In this document: in pieces, positions 37,438 to 50,720 of the stretch
How positions within the stretch are numbered: position 1 is the first letter of the stretch
Layout: each line of letters opens with the position of its first letter
Assembly: GCA_951406725.2 (NCBI GenBank)
Contig: OX597818.1
Location: 124,062,001-124,126,000 of the forward strand
Source of the DNA: Octopus vulgaris
Taxonomy: Eukaryota
Direction of reading: 5' to 3'
Length of the DNA: 64,000 bases
The notes under the pieces: generated by a model
The model's input: the letters and a program-made list of their open reading frames with translations, nothing else
Told to the model about the DNA's origin: nothing
The model's database searches: none
Program-made: the position numbers and the translations under genes

Positions 37438-39062
37438 ACAATTTAACAATTAAAACATATGCATACATACATATATGTACATGCCTACATCTATATGTAT
37501 ATATACATGCATATATATATGAGTACAGGACACCACAAATAAACGTAGAACACAACGAGAAACGAAAACATAAAATCAAACAAGGAAACGGACTTTTTTT
37601 TTAACAACGAAAAAACAGTGTACAAGACAAACAATACAAGGAATATTCCCCTTCATCAGCTGCCCCTGGTTCGACTCAATGCGTGTTTCGAAGGTAAGGG
37701 CAGAACACAGTGAGTATATAAGTGTTTCTATCGCTTGGTTGACGATGTGCTGATTAGGTGTGGGCTGCGTGCAAATGAAAAATAAACACTCACTAAATAT
37801 AACAATTTTTATTTTTCTGGAGATACGTTGCAAGATGTTATGGCATTCTGGCATGTATTGTTTAAACAAAGACAGAGCGAACGAATATATCGTCAGAACG
37901 TACCTATTATGAGAGAGGCATCGTGACACCAAGCAAAGAAAGAGAGCTAACAGTCTTAGCTGTGGGCAGTTGGCGAGCTGACTGCCCAAAACGGAAAAGA
38001 GGAAGAGTTTTGTCAGTCGGGCTCCTTATATGCGTTTCACGACTTCCGTTAAGGGTTGTTGTGTTTTGCGCATGCGTTGTGGCTGCCCGCATCGTTCCTT
38101 CCGGGCCTTTTATGTTTAGCCCCGAGATAATCCAAGCAGGCACAACGGGTACGCTACAGACCCCCTTGGCAGTCGTGAAGTTATGGCAATAATGAGAGAC
38201 GAAAGAATATGTATCTACACAGTGCAAAACATATCAGGAGCCTTTAAGGTACAAAATAATGAACAAAAGAAAATGTGATATGTAACAATACGACAATAAA
38301 AATAGTATGCATAAGCAAGGAAAATGGCATGAAAACAAAATAATACAATTTGTAACGAAAATGTGAATATCTTCTCTGGACCTTTTGGGGGTGCGGGAAG
38401 CAATCACTTTCCGTTGCTTTAATAATCCAGATCTCTACCAGTCAGAAACAACAAGACGCAAACGTAAAATATATATATCTACTTTATTCTCTTATGACAG
38501 TAACAGATAATTGGTATATCTGGGTATCCCTTTGGTATAGATGTGTCAGAGCTGAACTATATCGCTGTAGAATCTACAGTGTTCAAATGCTAACGACACT
38601 GGTCAAAGATGGCGTCCGGAAAGAGGAAGATGATGTTGTCTGCAACAATTTGGTTAAAGCCTTCGGCCGACTGCTATCAAAAGTGGACAGCGAGAAAATA
38701 TACGTCCGTTGCCCTCGGTCGCTTTGTCTCAAGTCACCGTTGACTGCTGGACGCTAGTGGTCAACGTCCTACGATCCCCTTGCCTCGGCTAATTGCCACG
38801 TAGGCAAATGGTCCTACTTCCGGTGGTGAAAGCACCAACCCCGCACGCGCGAAACAGGAATGGACGGTGCGCGCGCGCGCCGCTGTATAGCGTCACTACA
38901 AATTCAAGGAAAGAGTTTATTTAATGTTCCTTTAGATATAACTCTGAATCAATTTTTTTGGCCAATGCACTTTCCGTCCTCTCCTAGTTGTTATAGAGGG
39001 CGAATTTGAAGTTTGTTGTGCGGGCGGTGTCTGTTGTGCAGTGCGTGAATTATGTGTAATGG

Positions 39063-39162
39063 NNNNNNNNNNNNNNNNNNNNNNNNNNNNNNNNNNNNNN
39101 NNNNNNNNNNNNNNNNNNNNNNNNNNNNNNNNNNNNNNNNNNNNNNNNNNNNNNNNNNNNNN
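39063..39162. other. Assembly gap (100 N)
   Basis: Run of n. Confidence 1.
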
Positions 39163-39484
39163 ATATATCATCATATATATATAATGATAAATCTCAGAGC
39201 GAGTTATAAACAGTAGCGGTAACACATCGTGACGCATATTTGCCATTTGAATATGGCTAACCCTTAAGGTTTGTAGCCCCAGGAAGATATCTCCTCCAGC
39301 TGGCTATAGACATACTATCTGTGTCCTCTCAGTATTTGTGAAGGGGAGTCATCCTCCCTGTCTTCAACTCATAATACACACGGTCCGTGTGTATTATCAG
39401 TTGAAGAGTATGATAGAAGAAGGCTTTTCGAAAATTCCAATTCTATAGGGTCTAAACAAACCGCAACGCCGGGCGATTCTGCTA

Positions 39485-39485
<1 letters not shown>
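39163..39485 (+). mobile_element. Helitron 3' end
   Basis: ccgcaacgccgggcgattctgCTAG|t at 39461-39485. Confidence 0.7.
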
Positions 39486-39522
<37 letters not shown>

Positions 39523-39532
<10 letters not shown>

Positions 39533-39766
39533 TTAGAGATAAAATCACTATTAGGCAAATCAAACAATGAAAAACATAAGCCAATACGTAAAATTAATTT
39601 AATTTATATTATTTTAAATATATATCAAAAGTATAAAAAGTTTATTATACTTTTTAGACTTTTGATATATATTTAAAATAATATAAATTAAATTAATTTT
39701 ACGTATTGGCTTATGTTTTTCATTGTTTGATTTGCCTAATAGTGGTTTTATCTCTAATTTAATATA
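39523..39766. repeat. Long AT-rich palindrome related to 37031-37308
   Basis: ~119-bp arms with a 7-nt loop; same downstream tail (tactataaaattggatttaatcctaaatctgatttt) as the 37.3-kb element. Confidence 0.85.
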
Positions 39767-40016
39767 ATATAATATAATATATTTATACTATAAAATTGGA
39801 TTTAATCCTAAATCTGATTTTTCCCTGTAAGTTTGGATTTATCCCCTAATATTTTATTATTAATTATATATATAGTTACAGAGATGTACTTGCATAGCAA
39901 GTAATTTGATCTGAGATCGTATGCTGAAACGAAAACAATTGCAGCATGGAAGGTGTTTATAAGCCATTTAAGAAACACACAAAAGCCGTTCGATTCACTT
40001 CAACATTTAAATTTAA

Positions 40017-40066
40017 TTTGTCAAAATATTTTCGTCGCTAAAATCCGCGACCTGTTCACTGACAAA
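40017..40066 (-). ncRNA. Hammerhead-like motif with G3-C8 core swap
   Basis: Minus strand: tttgtca-GTGAACA-g-gtcgc(ggatttta)gcgac-GAAA-a-ta-t-TT|tgacaaa. 7-bp stem I, 5-bp stem II, palindromic stem III aatatt. Confidence 0.55.
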
Positions 40067-41336
40067 AATCCGTGCTGCATCTGCTATATATATAGTAGTT
40101 TCCTATGAATTTACTTGGCAGCAATCGGAGTGTGTAAACTGGAAGTTACGTAATAACACATGCTTTCTAAATAAACTTTTGTTGACACCGAACTGCGCAG
40201 ATATAGGAGAGGGAGATAACTCTCGTTGACTGTGAGATCCTTAATGCAAATCGAGACCAGAGTAAACATTGGAGACTTTCCTACATAAACGGTTTGATAC
40301 TTCGAGCACTGAATATTTTTGCTTCAAAATACCAGTTTTTCTTAGCAGTTGCATCCCTCTTGCTAACTGGATTAATTCTGTCTCCTTCTATATTTTTTTC
40401 CTCTGTATTGTTTTTGCAATAGAACGCAAACAAGAAACAAGAATTGATCTGCACATTGCGTTATTTTTATGTGTTTACATATACATATATATTCGCACAT
40501 GTAATTGCTAAATTTTATTCCAATTAAATACGGAATTAACTTCAGGTTTAATCGAATAACCGACTGTAAACAACTATAATATACGTTTATTCCTTACTGT
40601 ATCGAAATTTAAATAACTTGTTTGGTAATTCAAAAGAACTAATTGTATGTTCCATCTGTTAACAACTACCTTCACAAATCATTATTAATACGACACACTT
40701 ATATCCATATTGTCAATTTATTCTTTACTTTTGATATACTTCATCTCAAAGGAAATATTTTTTCACCTCTGTATTTCAAAAAATCAGTCCATCTGTTACG
40801 GTTTAGTTAACTGTTGTCAGTCACACCCAAAAAGCCTACAAATGCATTCCAAACTTGCTCGTTGCGGAAATGGGTTTGTTATTGGTTTTGTTTCTCGTAT
40901 TTTACGCACAAGAAATGATTTTAGTAGATCTAATTGTAGCACATTAATATATTGCAAAGAAACAACACATTTACGTTCATTAAAACGTTTATGCTCACTT
41001 AAACATTACGTTCAGTAAACGTTATTACTACTTTAAAAATACACCTTTTAAAGAAAATATATCCTAATTTATTGATTAGCTATTTTAGTTTGTCTGTATT
41101 TGCTTCACGTGATATAGTTTACTGTTTCTGGTGATATATATTTTGGGTAAATTTTTATAAGTACATTTACCGTTATTTAGTTAACATTTTGGTAGCGTCG
41201 AAATTATTTATTAAATGGTTCAAGTGTTTGACTACATTGATAGTCATTGAACAAAAGTTGAGGAGTTATCATTTTTCGTACTGTTATTTATCAAAATTTA
41301 CAGTTATATCTGTAGTCACAATTTAGTCTATTAAGC

Positions 41337-41392
41337 ATGGATGTTGAGCAACTATTTTTAAGCTGCCGAATTGGCGATTTGAAAACTGTCGA
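41337..41392 (+). CDS. ABTB1: ABTB1 coding exon 1
   Basis: MDVEQLFLSCRIGDLKTV(E); donor GTAAGT at 41393; resembles the ABTB1 N-terminus (DLFASCRKGDV). Confidence 0.88.
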
Positions 41393-43204
41393 GTAAGTAT
41401 GAATTCAAATCATATCTGTCTGTCTATGCGAGCGTGCACGCACGTATTGTTTCCCCAAAAATGTATTATTGTCATGTTCAAACCAGAAAAGCATGTTCTT
41501 TTATCGGTATTGGTACATTAATCCCAGTTACAGAAGAATGCCATTTCGTTTATTAATTACAAAACTCACTTTACATTAATTAATTTTTAAAAATTAAATA
41601 AATTGTAAAACACAATGCAAGACACAATCTAACTGTTTATTATTTGTATATAACAGTAATATCGCATCGAGAAAATGAAGTCCCATAAAGGGTATTTGTG
41701 CATTCGTTGCCAAATAAACTCTAGCAGCTAAAGAACTTGTGATCTGCAGTTTTTCACATTACTCAGTGTTTTCATCTGTCTTCTTCAGTGTTTTGGGTGT
41801 GACTCGTTATTTGTTGGATTAACAGAATAACGAAAGTAAAACTAAATTTAAATACAGTTCAAAACTAGTGTACTGAATCTGAAACCCAAGTAACCTACGA
41901 ACACTGAAAGAGTTTTCAAAATGTTAATTAGACAGCATAAAGTTGTGCTGCATGTACTAAATTAATTTCATTACGAGCGTGCACAGACGGGAATGAAACT
42001 GTTTGACTAGTATCGCCCAGTTGTGATCTACTTCTGTGTTTCAAAAACTAATACGTATCAGTCCCAACACAAGCAAAAACGAATAGTAAAACTTTTGTTT
42101 TTAGACATTTCTATTGTTAATGTAGATCACAGGGAGATTCAGCATGACACAGAATGTACACAAGCCTGGTCCTTTGAACTACCGGTTCAACTCATTTTTT
42201 TTTGCCAGCTGAGTGGACTGGAGCAACATAAGATTAAGTGTCTTGCTCAAGGATACAATGCACTGCTGGGGATCGAACTCACCACCCTACAGTCATGAGC
42301 TGAATACCTTAACCACTAAGTTACACACCTTCACAGCCGTACTTGTCTTGTTAGGCCAGAAAAAGAGCATTGTTTGAGAGGAAGATCGAAGCATTCTCTA
42401 TACTCTTTACTCTTTTACTTGTTTCAGTCATTTGACTGCGGCCATGCTGGAGCACCGCCTTTAGTCGAGCAAATCGACCCCGGGACTTATTCTTTGTAAG
42501 CCCTGTACTTATTCTATCAGTCTCTTTTGCCAAACCGCATTGGTCGGCCCGGGGCTATAGCAGAAGACACTTGCCCAAGATGCCACGCAGTGGGACTGAA
42601 CCCGGAACCATGTGGTTGGTTAGCAAGCTACTTACCACACAGCCAATCAAACAATAAATTTAAAAGATACAATTGACTGGATGATTGTTTTAGTTATTCA
42701 GTCTTGCTCTCTAGCATCCTCACCATTGTAACACAGTAGTGTTACTTGCTATTTTTAGCAAGTTGTTTTGCTGGTTGAGCAGAATACCAAAAAAATCATT
42801 ACCTTTATGGACTAATCTCTATAAAACTGGATATGGGGGACTAAATTAATAAGTAATATTTTCTATTGAAACTAGCACCCTATCCAAAGACAAATAATTT
42901 GTTTCTCATCCACTTAACACAGTCTAACGCATATTTCTGTCTAGTTACCTATCTTATCAAATGACTCTGTTTCCCTAGCTCACAAGTATGTTGAAAAACA
43001 TGCATGCACACACACACTGAAAATATTGGGGTTTCACTCAGTTTCTGTTTGCCAAATTCTGCTCATAAGGGAATGGTCAACCCAAAGCTACAGTATGAAG
43101 GTCCCACATACAGGATCAAAACTTAGGTGCTCAAAGTAGGGAGAGTTGCTGGAGAATATACTTTGCAGTGTATATTCTGAGTTTATATTCAACAAGGTCA
43201 ACTC

Positions 43205-43735
43205 TCATCATTCATCATTGTTCGACCGTGGTCGAGACAATGGAATTTACCATGCTACGCCAGACTTCACGGTCCATCATGGCATTACAGAGGTCCTGTT
43301 GCTGGATGCCTGTATCCCTGGAGATTACATCAGGGTAGGAGAGTGTGCGCCCTCTGGTATTGCGATTAGATAGCTTCCAGAGGAGAAGAGTAGAAATTAC
43401 TTCTTTTTCAGCTCTACAACAATGTCCAGCAAACTGGACTCTCCTACCTTTCACAAGAGATGACACAGGTGGTAGTTTCCCATATATTTGCATTTTGGTT
43501 GGATGGCGCTTCCACGAGAGATTTTGAGCTCTCATAAGGTGCGAGTGTAGGTTCCATCCAATCGCCTCTCAAGCTTCTTTGATAACGTCCAGGTTTCTAA
43601 GCCATATAGTAGAATTGGTTCGACTGTGGCTTTGAAGATTTCAAGTTTGAAGTCTCTACTTAGATTTGATGACCAGATCTTATGCATGTCATTACAGGCT
43701 GACCAGGCCATACCCTTTCTAGTTAGACAACATCC
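43205..43735 (-). mobile_element. RTE-type LINE 3' fragment in intron 1
   Basis: KIWSS..KLEIFKATVEPILLYGLETWTL...RRVQFAGHCCR...AMMDREVWR*, one frameshift, short tga-repeat tail. Confidence 0.8.
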
Positions 43736-45682
43736 CAGGTCAACTCTACTCTTCATACCTCCAAAGTCTATAAAATAAGTACCAGTAATATATCAAAGTT
43801 TGATCCGCCCACGATCATGTGCTAATGTTATTATTGGCCAAGCAGACACTAAGGCTGGTATATCTTTAAATATTCTTAGATATGGCAACAACAACAGTGA
43901 ACTGACATACTTGATATTTGTGTGGCATGTCTTTCTTCATACAGTTCACAAAGAGAAGTAAATAGTCTTCTTTTTGGTAGCTTTGGTGAATGAATAATGC
44001 AAGACACAATCTAACTCTTTTACTCTTTTACTTGTTTCAGTCATTTGACTGTGGCCATGCTGGAGCACCGCCTTTAGTCGAGCAAATCGACCCTGGGACT
44101 TATTCTTTGTAAGCCCAGTACTTATTCTATCGATCTCTTTTGCCGAACCGCTAAGTGACGGGGACGTAAACACACCAGCATCGGTTGTCAAGCAATGCTA
44201 GGGGGACAAACACAGACACACAAACACACACATACATATATATATATATACATATATACGACAGGCTTATTTCAGTTTCCGTCTACTAAATCCACTCACA
44301 AGGCATTGGTCGGCCCGGGGCTATAGCAGAAGACACTTGCCCAAGATGCCACGCAGTGGGACTGAACCCGGAACCATGTGGTTCGTTAGCAAGCTACTTA
44401 CCACACAGCCACTCCTGCTTATTATTTGTATATAACAGTAATATCGCATCGAGAAAATGAAGCCCCATAAAGGGTATTTGTGCATTCGTTGCCAAATAAA
44501 CTCTAGCAGCTAAAGAACTTGTGATCTTCAGTTCTTCGCATTGCTCAGTATTTTCATCTGTCTTCTTCAGTGTATACTGGACAGGTTTAAAACTTTGAGG
44601 ATGAAGCTTTTCTTCTCACGCCAAGCCTTCACTAACTTCTTCAAATACCACTTGAACGAGCAGTAAGGGTTGAGAAGATACTGCTCCCTTCCTTAGTAAA
44701 TTATGTAAAGGGTTGGTGAGAATTGTGAAAGTGGTATGGCTAAATGGGCCAACATTAAAATAGGCTGGCAACAAGAACTGGAAGAAGGTCCTTGCCTTCA
44801 GTAGGTAGAATCTTTAGCATCCCGAGGGAAATACTTAGCAGTATTTCATGTCTTCATGTTCTAAGTTCAAATTCTACCTGTACCATTCAAATATGGGGGT
44901 TGATGTAAATGACTTACATCTTTCCCCAAAATTACTGCGAAACCATTATTATTATAATTCAAGTGGCTAGAATCGTTAACAGCTTGTTTACCAACCACAT
45001 GGTTTGGGTTCAGTCCCACTGCGTGGCACCTTGGGCAAGTGTCTTCTACTATAGCCATGGGCCGACCAAAGCCTTGTGAGTGGATTTGGTAGACAGAAAC
45101 TGAAAGAAGCCCGTCGTATATATGTATATATATATATATATATGCGTGTGTGTGTTTGTGTGTCTGTGTTTGTCCCCCTAGCATTGCTTGACAACCGATG
45201 CTGGTGTGTTTATGCCCCTGTTACTTAGCAGTTCGGCAAAAAGAGACCGATAGAATAAGTACTGGGCTTACAAAAGAATAAGTCCCGGGGTCGAGTTGCT
45301 CGATTAAAGGTGGTGCTCCAGCATGGCCGCAGTCAAATGACTGAAACAAGTAAAAGAGTAAAAGAGTATATCGGGGGGAAAAATGCTCAGTAGCATTTCA
45401 TCCATCTTTACTTTCCGAGTTCAAATTCCACCAAGGTAATTTTGCTTTTTTTCCTTTCAGGGGTCAATAAAATAAGTACCAGTTGAGTACAGGGGTTGAT
45501 ATAATCGACTTCCCCACTTTCCTGAAATTTCTGGCCTTGTGCTAAAATTTGAAACCATTATTATTGTTCTTGTTCTGTTCATCCTTTTACTCCATGTAAA
45601 TAAATATCTCACTGATTGCTCCCAACATTTTGATTCCTGGTGACCAATGAAAGAAATCATTATCGTTTTGTGTTTTTTATAG

Positions 45683-45745
45683 ATATCTTGTGGATGAAAA
45701 AGATGTGGAGATTAATATCCATGATAAATGGGATAGCACACCTCT
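45683..45745 (+). CDS. ABTB1: ABTB1 coding exon 2 (ankyrin repeat)
   Basis: tttatag|A YLVDEKDVEINIHDKWDSTP CT|gtaag; phase 2 to phase 2. Confidence 0.92.
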
Positions 45746-46287
45746 GTAAGTCTTTAATGATATCAGATACTTCCTAATTTTTGGTACTGGTCTACATTTC
45801 TGTTTATTTGTTGGCTTCAGATAATGAAAGATGGTCATACTGGAGTACACCTTCTCCTCGACTTATGACCTGTGCAACTTGCAAATCGATTTTTGAATGT
45901 TAGGCAGCTATGCGTACAATAACTATGGCAGCAGTATCTAGCAATGCAGGCCTGCCTCAGATCCAGGCATCCATTGCCTTCCACTGTCTCTCATTCAGTC
46001 ACTTTTAAGCATCTGTTGCATTTGAATGAAAATAGTGTTGAAAAATATAAATCCAATATACAACCAGATCAACTAATGGTATTCAGTCATAAGTCGAAGA
46101 GAAGGTGTATTATTACCTTCAAGCACTTTCAGTTGAATGTACTAACTCCAGTGCATATTTCAGTTTGGCACTTTTTTGAATGGTTTAACATCTTTCCTTT
46201 CTGTGATATGGGACACAACTCAGTGTACTGTTTTACACTGTTGTACACACACACACACACACACACATGACAGGAAAATCATCTAGC

Positions 46288-46770
46288 CATAATAATAATA
46301 ATGAAATTATTGTATACAGTGCTCAGGTGCACCACAACTTGTCAGAAAGTGCATATAAAGTATATGCAGTAATGTACAAATGTCTGGAAAGCGAACAATG
46401 TATGAGTCAGATACATGCTTGTGTGTGTATGGAGGGGAGAAAATCAGGTGGAGAGTTGGCCTCAGGAAGCATGGAAGATTTGAAGGATGCAGTGCTCCGA
46501 CAACTAACAACTGATGCCGGCAGTTTGTTCCATGCTTCAGCAACTCTCAGCGTGAAAAAATGTTTCCTGAAGTCATGGGAGCTGTGCTGTTTTCTGACTT
46601 TGTAAATATGTCCATGGGTGTTAGATGGGTGGAGTTTGAAAAAGTGCTCAGAGTTATTGTTTGTACGATGGTTGATAATTTTATGAGTGTCTGCCGAGTC
46701 AGCTGCCAGACGTTGGAGTTTCAATGTGTCCATGCCCAGGGAAGTAAGGCGTTCAAGATATGGCAAATGC
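46288..46770 (-). mobile_element. 3' fragment of a CR1-type LINE related to 1191-4430
   Basis: HLPYLERLTSLGMDTLKL...YKVRKQHSSHDFRKHFFTLRVAEAWNKLPASVV; similar 3' terminus and (ATT)n tail. Confidence 0.9.
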
Positions 46771-46915
46771 CCCAATATCCAGCCCCAGACAAGTCTTTGT
46801 CCAACCTATGCTAACATGTAAAAAAAATAACAAAAAAAAATAATAATAAACAAATGAAGTTATACTTATGTATTCGTGTGTTCATTTCTGTAACAGGTAG
46901 GGTAATCATTTAACA

Positions 46916-47330
46916 AGGCGGCGAGCTGGCAGAAACGTTAGCACGCCGGGCGAAATGCTTAGCGGTATTTCGTCCGCCGTTACGTTGTGAGTTCAAATTC
47001 CGCCGAGGTCGACTTTGCCTTTCATCCTTTCGGGGTCGATAAATTAAGAACCAGTTACGCACTGGGGTCGATGTAATCGACTTAATACCTATGCCTGTCC
47101 TTGTTTGTCCCCTCTGTGTTTAGCCCCTTGTGGGTAATAAAGAAATAGGTATTTCGTCTGTCCTTACGTTCTGAGTTCAAATTCCGATGAGGTCAACTTT
47201 GCCTTTCATCCTTTCGGGGTCGATAAATTAAGTACCAGTTACGCACTGGAGTCGATGTAATCGACTTAATGCCTATGTCTGTCCTTGTTTGTCCCCTCTG
47301 TGTTTAGCCCCTTGTGGGTAATAAAGAAAT
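46916..47330 (+). mobile_element. Family-A SINE dimer
   Basis: 21-bp TSD with one mismatch, aggtagggtaatca(t/g)ttaaca, at 46895-46915 and 47331-47351. Confidence 0.85.
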
Positions 47331-47365
47331 AGGTAGGGTAATCAGTTAACATACTAGAATATATA

Positions 47366-48607
47366 CAGGGTGTATCACATTTTTGAGGTCATTTGCATGA
47401 ATTTAGAAAAGAGATGTATAGCTCATCAAAGAATTGGTACAAATAATCTTGAGAATGCTTTTATTTCACCTATTCAAGGAATCCATTGTTAGCATCAATG
47501 GCTGCTTCAATATGGGGTTGAAAGCATTGACATGCCTGAATCAGATGCTTTTTATCAATTTTGGACATAGTACTGGTTATGGTGAACTTGAGAGATTGTA
47601 TGGTGTTTGGGGGATGTTGACAGGCCTCTCTCTTGGCTATGTCCCATTTGTAATAGTCCAGAGGATTGAGGTCTGATGAACTAGGAAGTCACGTGTCTGG
47701 GGAGAATGTGATCATAGAAATTGGCACACATCCACTTGGGTAGTTCTAGCCTTATGAGATAGATGCAGAGTATTGTTGGACGGCATGTGGTCTTCTGTTG
47801 TGTAGTCTGTCTATTTACTGCCTCGCAATTTTCTCCAATTCCCTTGAGTAGACAACGACATTGACTTTTAAACTCTGTGAAAGAAAGTGAGGAGGCATGA
47901 CATTTCCCTTGTTGCTGACAACTCCCAGAACCATCGCAGTTGCTGGAAACTTAGTATGCATGATCACTGGAACCTCATTCAGATCTTTGCATAACCATCT
48001 GTCATTCCTTTGTTTTACCTTTTAGACCTGATCAGAGAAAAATCTAATCAGAGAAAAATCAAAGCATTCCAGGTTCTTGGTGTTTTAATTTGTTTGGCAA
48101 GCACTTTGCACAGATCAAACAATTCTCTCCTGTCACATCCAACATAAACCGATCTCACTCCTTTCACATCACATATGATTTGTACCAGATGCCCTCATGC
48201 ATAACTCTTCTGATTATGCATTCTGAAACCTTGAGGTCATTTGCAGTGCCTCTTATTGAACTTCCTGGAGTTTTTACTGATTATTTCTTGGACTTTTTGT
48301 ACAAAGTTATATGTTCTGATGGTATTAGGACCCCATGCATGCATATTGTATTTAGCTGCTGATATTAGATCCCTTCCAGTTCCTTTCAAACTCTGACACA
48401 AACAGATCAAGCAACTTTCAGGAAGCAAGCTGTCTCTGTATCACTATGCTGCACTTTTAAGGCAACGATTAAAATGTGCTTTTTCATTTGCTGAGACAGC
48501 CAGGTGACTGATATTGTATATCTGAAAAGTAGAGTTTAAAAAACAGAAAAGTTATAAGAAAGTTAGAGCTCTTGAAAGAGGTGTCCTCAAAAACCTGACT
48601 CACCCTG
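47366..48607 (-). mobile_element. Degenerate Tc1/mariner (maT/DD37D-like) transposon
   Basis: TIRs ta|cagggtg...caccctg; minus-strand remnants MVLGVVSNKGNVMPPHF and SSDLNPLDYY. Confidence 0.75.
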
Positions 48608-48961
48608 CATACATACTATGATTATGCAAATTCATGCAATATTAAACAAAAATCCACACCAGACATTTCATAATAACTTTCAAACAGTGAAATAGGATTG
48701 CATGTAGATAAATATGGTTATAAATACATTTAGTTGACAAGGTTATTTTACTAAATTCTTCCTTATACTCAAAATTAATTGAAGCAAAGACACATAGGCG
48801 CAGGAGTGGCTGTGTGGTAAGTAGCTTGTTTACCAACCACATGGTTCCGGGTTCAGTCCCGCTGTATGGCACCCTGGGCAAGTTTCTTCTACTGTAACCT
48901 CGGGCCAACCAATGCCTTGTGAGTGGATTTGGTAGTTGGAAACTGAAAGAAGCCCGTTGTA

Positions 48962-48999
<38 letters not shown>

Positions 49000-50720
49000 T
49001 GTGTGTGTTTGTGTATCTGTGTTTGTCCCCCTAGCATTGCTTGACAACCGATGCTGGTGTGTTTATGTCCCTGTTACTTAGCGGTTTGGCAAAAGAGACC
49101 GATAGAATAAGTACTGGGCTTAGGATGCCAAACAAAAAAAAATGTAATTAGTTTAAGATACTTAAAGGAGAAGCACAAAGTAAAAGAATCAAACTGAAAA
49201 GAATTAAATAGACTATGAAATATCAACTGTGATGCTAAGGCAAGTCAAAGGATAATGTATGATAGTAAACAAGTAAACAGTCGAAGCTGAAGGGAAAGTA
49301 TTCATATTCAAGTAGCAGGTAACCCAGATATATTCCCACAAAGACATTAATTAGGAGGAAGGGTTAGCTCCTGTCTTGTCACTCATGGACATCAGTAAGG
49401 AGTGACATATACCAAAATGACAACATCATCATCATCATCATAATTATCATTGTTGTTTTAATCTCCACTTTTCTATGCTTGCCTGGGCTGGATGGAATTT
49501 GTTTGATGCGGATTTTCTATGGCCACCAACCCTCACTTGTTTCCAAGTAGGGTAAAATTTCCTCATGACTGAACATGTTTTCATAGAAATGAAGGACACT
49601 GCTTGCATGTCAGGGACATTTACATTTATCACATGATGTCAAGGCAAGGAGACAGTAACATACACATCCATGCATGTACACACACACACACACACACACA
49701 CATACCTTGGGTTCTCATTATACTATGTCGTCCTTCATTCTCATAAGGTTGAACATGATAAAAGGTTTGTAGTTTATGGGCGATTACATATATTGCTTGA
49801 TTGACTTCGTGGATAATCTTACTAGACTAAGATAATCTTTAATCAATGGTTTCTGGTTCTAGAAGGTTCTGTCACACACACACACACACACATGACAAGC
49901 TTCTTTTAGTTTTCATCTATCAAATCAAACTCACAAAGTTTAAAGTTATAGCAGAAGACATGTGCCCAAAGTGCCACAAAGTGGAACTGAACCTGAAAAC
50001 CTGTGCTTGGGAAGGTAGCAAACTTCTTACTACACAGCTATGCCTACACCTATCAGCCATGCCTGAATCGATGTAAAGTCATTAACCATTTTGTTACCAT
50101 ATTTCTGTTGAGATACTCTGTCTTTGCTTCAATTAATTTTGAATAAGTCCCGGGGTCGATTTGCTCGACTAAAAGGTGGTGGTCCAGCATGGCCGCAGTC
50201 AAATGACTGAAACAAGTAAAAGAGTAATATAAGGGCAAAATAGTCACCAAAAAAGTATTAAACGGTATTTGCATATATCAATAATAAAAGTAAAAAGTAC
50301 CATACAGATTATAGTAATATTTAGAATAGGTAAGAGAGGGGTGTATATAAGTACATATTGCTGAAAGAAAAAAATAGATTACATACAAATAATGTTTATA
50401 TATGTGTAGATTAAGTAAGGGTCCAAAAATTGTCTAAAAATATATTGAGAAAGAGGGGAAGGTATATGAATATTTGATATAGGTTTTATATATTAATAAA
50501 ATGATGGTTCCGTATTAGGGTTTCGTTTTAGCAGGTATATATTATATAAGAGTGGAAAAGGATGGGTTATGAACATTATTCTCCTGCCTATATTCTTCTA
50601 ACTACCTTTACTCAATATTCTTCTATTTATTCTTTTATTCTGTTTTATTTCTTATAAACTTTGAATTTTATTCCGTCATCGTAAACTGTAAATTTTCCCA
50701 GTCTAAAATATTCGTACCTT

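Noticed and set aside
37630-37705. Minus-strand GAAAC...CTGATGA arrangement suggesting a permuted hammerhead
   Set aside because: Stem I cannot be paired; at best two halves of truncated motifs.
38932-39062. TTRRGRKVHWPKKL, resembling a Gypsy integrase C-terminus, with possible LTR sequence to its left
   Set aside because: Too short, abuts the N gap, and no clear PPT or LTR boundaries.
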